Of a DNA stretch of 64,000 nt, positions 60,233 through 64,000 are shown one piece after another (position 1 is the first letter of the stretch; the number at the start of each line of letters is the position of its first letter). The position numbers were made by a program, and so were the translations under genes. The notes beneath the pieces were generated by a model. The model was not told where the DNA came from and ran no database searches. It saw only the letters and a list, made by a program, of their open reading frames with translations. The stretch lies in the sequence record NC_019406.1, one strand, 5' to 3'.

Positions 60233-61330
60233 TTACTCTTCGTCGGCGTTACGAGGCCCCTTTTCGGAGATGGACAGACGGCTGTGCCCTTCGCCGACCT
60301 TCGTGAAGTCTTCGACAGGGATGCCTGCTGCGCGCATTGCTTCCACGTCATAGGTCTTGCGACCCTTCACCCAGGAGATCGAGACCTTGGCGACATCGGG
60401 TACCTCGACACGCCGAACCCCAACGTCGCTGAACCATTGCTTAAGCTTCTCTGAAGCCAGCTTGTGCTCAGCTTCCGCAGCCTTCTTCGCAGCGGACGCC
60501 GCCCGCTCATCGCGAATAAGGCTCTCGGCCTCTTCCATCAGCGCGAGCGAAGTGTTCTTCGCGTTCGCCTCCCCTTCCGTGGGGGTCGCGCGGCCGTTGG
60601 CCTTCGCGCACTCGGTGGTGAACGGGCAGTATTCGCAACCGCCGTCCACCTTGCCCTCGGAGAAGATTTCGCTGACGTTCTTGATCTCGTAGACCGACCG
60701 GGCGCGCGCCTTCGCGGCGTCGTAGGTCTTCTGGTCGAACGGGACGACGAAGATTTCGATATCGTCGAAGAAGCTGGCGTCGACGTAGACGATCACAGCA
60801 TAGTTCGGGCGATACTCCGTCGTCTCGCGGGTGATTCCCATTTGAACGATCGTTTGACCCCGGTGAATCGCCTTCTCCTCCTTCAAGTTCACGCGCGGGT
60901 CGATGGACTTGATTTCGAAGTTGAAGCAGCCGGTGCCGCCCAGGGACGGGATGCCGTAGAGTTCCAGGGCATCGTCGTCAGCATCGACCACCAGACCGTC
61001 GGGCGTCGCCGTCAGAGGCGCATCAGGAGCCTTGAGCGTCTTCTGGTCCTGGCCGCCCCAGATCAGGCGGGCGTCGTTGTAGTAGGTCTCCAGGAACCAC
61101 TTGATCGCGGGCTCGGCGAAGTGACCTTCGATCAGGTCCCCGCGTTGCAGCGCGCCCCACGACTCCTTATAGTCGGCGTTCTTGGGATAGTTGTTCTTCG
61201 AGAACCAGACCTTACGGAGGCAACCGAAGGCTTCCGAGGCGCCGACCGTCTTGGAACGATCGTGAGCCCAGACCTTCTGGTGGCTCTTCACGTAGGTGTC
61301 GTAGCCCTCGAAAAAGTCGATAGCGGCCAT
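60233..61330 (-). CDS. Cas4-like / PD-(D/E)XK exonuclease
   Basis: GASE..GC.RK, TPDG, FEIKS, Q...QM, C-terminal C..CP...C. Confidence 0.85.
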   Translation of the reverse strand: MAAIDFFEGYDTYVKSHQKVWAHDRSKTVGASEAFGCLRKVWFSKNNYPKNADYKESWGALQRGDLIEGHFAEPAIKWFLETYYNDARLIWGGQDQKTLKAPDAPLTATPDGLVVDADDDALELYGIPSLGGTGCFNFEIKSIDPRVNLKEEKAIHRGQTIVQMGITRETTEYRPNYAVIVYVDASFFDDIEIFVVPFDQKTYDAAKARARSVYEIKNVSEIFSEGKVDGGCEYCPFTTECAKANGRATPTEGEANAKNTSLALMEEAESLIRDERAASAAKKAAEAEHKLASEKLKQWFSDVGVRRVEVPDVAKVSISWVKGRKTYDVEAMRAAGIPVEDFTKVGEGHSRLSISEKGPRNADEE

Positions 61331-61342
61331 GAAAGGTGACTC

Positions 61343-61438
61343 CTAGGCGGGACGGAGATCGTCGTCGTCGTGGTCGAACAGCGACGCGAAGATGAGGAGG
61401 GCGAGCAGCAGCCCGGCGATCTGAAGGCCCCAGGTCAT
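61343..61438 (-). CDS. small membrane peptide (31 aa)
   Basis: MTWGLQIAGLLLALLIFASLFDHDDDDLRPA; 4-nt overlap with upstream gene. Confidence 0.45.
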   Translation of the reverse strand: MTWGLQIAGLLLALLIFASLFDHDDDDLRPA

Positions 61439-62043
61439 TCGGGAGCCGGCGAAGTCGCCGCCTGCTTGAGGTCGAAAAGGTGGAAGAAGAGGTCGCGGCA
61501 GTCGATCACGTCGCCGATGGCTTGGTGGGCGTCGGTCGGTTCACGGCCGAGCAGGTGGGGAATCGCTTGCTCCAGCTTGGGCCACGCGAACTCACCGCTA
61601 CGCTTCCACTTGCTCGGGAACTTGCAGACCGGCGTCGCCGCCAGCATGGTGCAGAAGGTCTTCTTTTCGGCGAAGACGTTCAGCACCGGGTTGCCCGAGA
61701 TCAGGCGCGCGGCGTTGTTGATGACGTTGATGTCGAACTCGATGTTGTGCGCGACTACCAGATCGGAGCCGAGGAGCATGTCGCAGAAGATGTCCAGCGC
61801 CGGGTCTTCGAAGACGCCGAACTTTTGAGACACTTCGGTGGACGTGCCGTGGACCTTCACCGAGGCCTCCGGAATCTCCTCCTTGCGATAGACGATCAGG
61901 TTGATGCTCTGGAGGACGCGGCGGGTAGCCGGGTCCACCTGCATCGCCGCAAGCTGGACGATGCGCGGCTGATCTTCGTGGCCGCAGGGCAGGTTCTTGT
62001 CCCAGAGGCCGGTGGTTTCGGTGTCGAAGAACAGGATCGCCAT
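61435..62043 (-). CDS. DnaQ-like DEDDh 3'-5' exonuclease
   Basis: FFDTETTG, VAHNIEFD, AH.A..D. Confidence 0.92.
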   Translation of the reverse strand: MAILFFDTETTGLWDKNLPCGHEDQPRIVQLAAMQVDPATRRVLQSINLIVYRKEEIPEASVKVHGTSTEVSQKFGVFEDPALDIFCDMLLGSDLVVAHNIEFDINVINNAARLISGNPVLNVFAEKKTFCTMLAATPVCKFPSKWKRSGEFAWPKLEQAIPHLLGREPTDAHQAIGDVIDCRDLFFHLFDLKQAATSPAPE

Positions 62044-62045
62044 GA

Positions 62046-62477
62046 TTAACGACCACCCTTCGGCGGATCGGTGCGATTCATGCGATCGCGCAGGTAGGTG
62101 ACAGCGGAGAGGTCAGCCACATCGATCTTGATGTTCGAGGTGACGCCGATGACCGGCTCCTCTTCGCTCTTGGCCTCTGCGCGGAACGGCGCGAGCGCAT
62201 AGGCGAAGAATTCCGCCCAGGCGCGGATCGTGGCGTAGACCGCGTAGTCGATCAGGATGGCGACGCCATAGAAGATCAGCCAGAAGAGGCCGAGAACGAT
62301 CGCGCTCTTGCGCAGGAAGGCGACGGTGTCGGCTGCGAACCAGTGCAGCCAAACATGACTGGTGTGGGCGCCGAAGTAGGCCAGAATGACGACGATCGCG
62401 GTAATCGTCAGCATGTTGGCATACCCGTCAGCCTCGCGCTTGAGGCTCGTGATGAAGGGGGTCGGGTCGGGGGTCAT
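62046..62477 (-). CDS. membrane protein (143 aa)
   Basis: Two to three hydrophobic segments; GGAG RBS. Confidence 0.65.
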   Translation of the reverse strand: MTPDPTPFITSLKREADGYANMLTITAIVVILAYFGAHTSHVWLHWFAADTVAFLRKSAIVLGLFWLIFYGVAILIDYAVYATIRAWAEFFAYALAPFRAEAKSEEEPVIGVTSNIKIDVADLSAVTYLRDRMNRTDPPKGGR

Positions 62478-62554
62478 GTCGTTCTCGGAGGAGGCCCTTG
62501 TTAACCATACTGGCGCCGGGGTGTCAATAATCCTGGCCGCGAAATGTGACTCGT

Positions 62555-64000
62555 TTAGTGCGTGTCAGACCACCGATTACCGAACTGCACATCCACGTCG
62601 ACGGGGCAGCGGAAACCGAACTGCATACCGGCGTCGTAGGCAGCCGTGGTGATGTTGCGCTTGCAGATTTCCATGATTTCTGGATCATCGCGGACCGCGA
62701 CCTGGAGTTCGTCGTGAATCCACGCCAGGATGGCGAAGTGCCCATCCCATCCGTGGATCAGCCCGTCCTCCAAGCAGTAGTCGTAGAAGTTCACGCACCA
62801 CTGCTTGGCGATGGTCGCGCCGGCGCCTTGCAGCAGCGTGTTCAATGCGGCGTGCTGGGCGCGGACGAACAACTTGCGACCGTCCAAGGCATCCAGCATG
62901 CCAGACTTGGCCTCGCGCTGGATGTTCTTGACGACCTGACCCAGAGCGGGAATGCGCGTCATCAGGCGGCGGCGCATTTCGGCCCCGACGCGCTTGGCTT
63001 CCTGCGGCTTCATCGCCAGCGCCGGGTCGATGACGGTGCCCAGCTTGAAGTCCTGGGCGCCGTAGATCAGCGCGTAGATGAAGGTCTTGGCGGTGTCGCG
63101 GCTCTGGAGTTCCAGCGCGGCCGTGTGCAGGTCGTGGGGGTCGGAGTCAACAACCAGCTTGGCATAGACGCCGTTATCGAACTCGGCCATGAAGTGGCCG
63201 AGCGCACGCAGTTCAATGCCCTTTTGGTCGGCGCCCATGAGCTTCCAGCCCTTGGGGACATAGAAGAGCTTCCGGCAGTCGTAACCATGATCGCCGATGC
63301 GTCCGGTCAGCTTCTGCTTCTTGGTCTCGACCTTACCCTCGGCGTCCAGCACGAACTCGCCATGCTCGTCACGCTTGGGCGTGCCGAACAGTTGCTTGCC
63401 GTCAGGACCGCACAGCGGCGTCAGGTTCTCATCGTAGCCGATTTCCTCGCCGGCCTCGTTGAGGATCGGGATGCCGTAGATGATCTTGCCCAAGCGGAAG
63501 CGCGGCACGACGCCTTCTTCCACCCACTGCGCCAGCTTCTTGAAGACGACGCGCGGGACCTGCGCGATATTGGGATCGCTATGCGATGCACGATTCGTGA
63601 CTGTTCCGCCCACGTTGAAACGCGGGTGGATGCAGCCGTCATTACGCTCCATCGCCTTGCCGATCCAGCCGTTCTTGCCATCAACAAGCTGCCCAAGGCG
63701 CTTGTTCAGGTAGAACAGTTCGGCCAGTTCGTCGCAGATCGGGATCGTATGCGCCAGATCGCGCAGGACTTCGTCGTTAACCGCCGGCTGGCCGGTTTCC
63801 GTGAAGTCCTGAGGTTCCCACTGGTAGTTGAACTTCAAGCGGTCGATGATCTGCGGACGGCTGCCGGGGTTGAAGTCGGTGAGTTCCACCGGGCAGTACG
63901 GGCAACCTTCGGTGCGGTCGCCGCCCTTAGACCAGTCCTTGAACTTGACCGACTTCTTAGGGACCGTGATGTCGGCCCAGGCTTCACGCGAGTTGTCTTC
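62555..64000 (-). CDS. polA: family A (T7-like) DNA polymerase, 5' part outside window
   Basis: Frame open to window edge; motif A GADQKGIELR, motif B RDTAKTFIYALIYG, motif C WIHDE. Confidence 0.95.
   Translation of the reverse strand, partial: EDNSREAWADITVPKKSVKFKDWSKGGDRTEGCPYCPVELTDFNPGSRPQIIDRLKFNYQWEPQDFTETGQPAVNDEVLRDLAHTIPICDELAELFYLNKRLGQLVDGKNGWIGKAMERNDGCIHPRFNVGGTVTNRASHSDPNIAQVPRVVFKKLAQWVEEGVVPRFRLGKIIYGIPILNEAGEEIGYDENLTPLCGPDGKQLFGTPKRDEHGEFVLDAEGKVETKKQKLTGRIGDHGYDCRKLFYVPKGWKLMGADQKGIELRALGHFMAEFDNGVYAKLVVDSDPHDLHTAALELQSRDTAKTFIYALIYGAQDFKLGTVIDPALAMKPQEAKRVGAEMRRRLMTRIPALGQVVKNIQREAKSGMLDALDGRKLFVRAQHAALNTLLQGAGATIAKQWCVNFYDYCLEDGLIHGWDGHFAILAWIHDELQVAVRDDPEIMEICKRNITTAAYDAGMQFGFRCPVDVDVQFGNRWSDTH

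Overview
A 64-kb segment of a large, GC-rich tailed phage genome. Gene order and content match phiCbK-like Caulobacter jumbo siphophages; this is an inference, supported by an alphaproteobacterial-type tRNA-His, a GTA-like tail module and a T7-like PolA. Layout: (1) 1-7.6 kb, a translation island with 24 tRNA or tRNA-like genes (many structurally aberrant), a FkbM methyltransferase, a metallophosphoesterase and peptide deformylase; (2) 7.7-36.8 kb, PhoH and the neck/tail module: tail tube, frameshifted chaperone, tape measure with SLT domain, Dit/hub/NlpC, two tandem central-fibre paralogs and two DUF2793-like fibre paralogs; (3) 36.8-42.5 kb, a glycosyltransferase/methyltransferase cluster and an RNAP alpha-CTD/class II aaRS-like fusion; (4) 42.5-44.4 kb, the lysis cassette; (5) 44.6-47.7 kb, a candidate ncRNA and a Ro60 (TROVE) gene preceded by eight tandem Y RNA-like units; (6) 47.8-64 kb on the minus strand, a repressor, dUTPase, RNR (intein in alpha, glutaredoxin-fused beta), ThyX, dNMP kinase, helicase, putative SSB, Cas4-like nuclease, DnaQ and PolA. 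Top candidates for undescribed biology: (a) a trp-like ribosome-sensing attenuator at 6112-6311, where leader codons 4-17 use only, and all of, the seven amino acids of the tRNA operon directly downstream; (b) the eight-member Y RNA array with differing tRNA-mimic domains; (c) a tRNA-Asn-like RNA with a two-hairpin D-loop insertion behind a structured leader. All structures and coordinates were derived by hand; no searches or folding programs were run.
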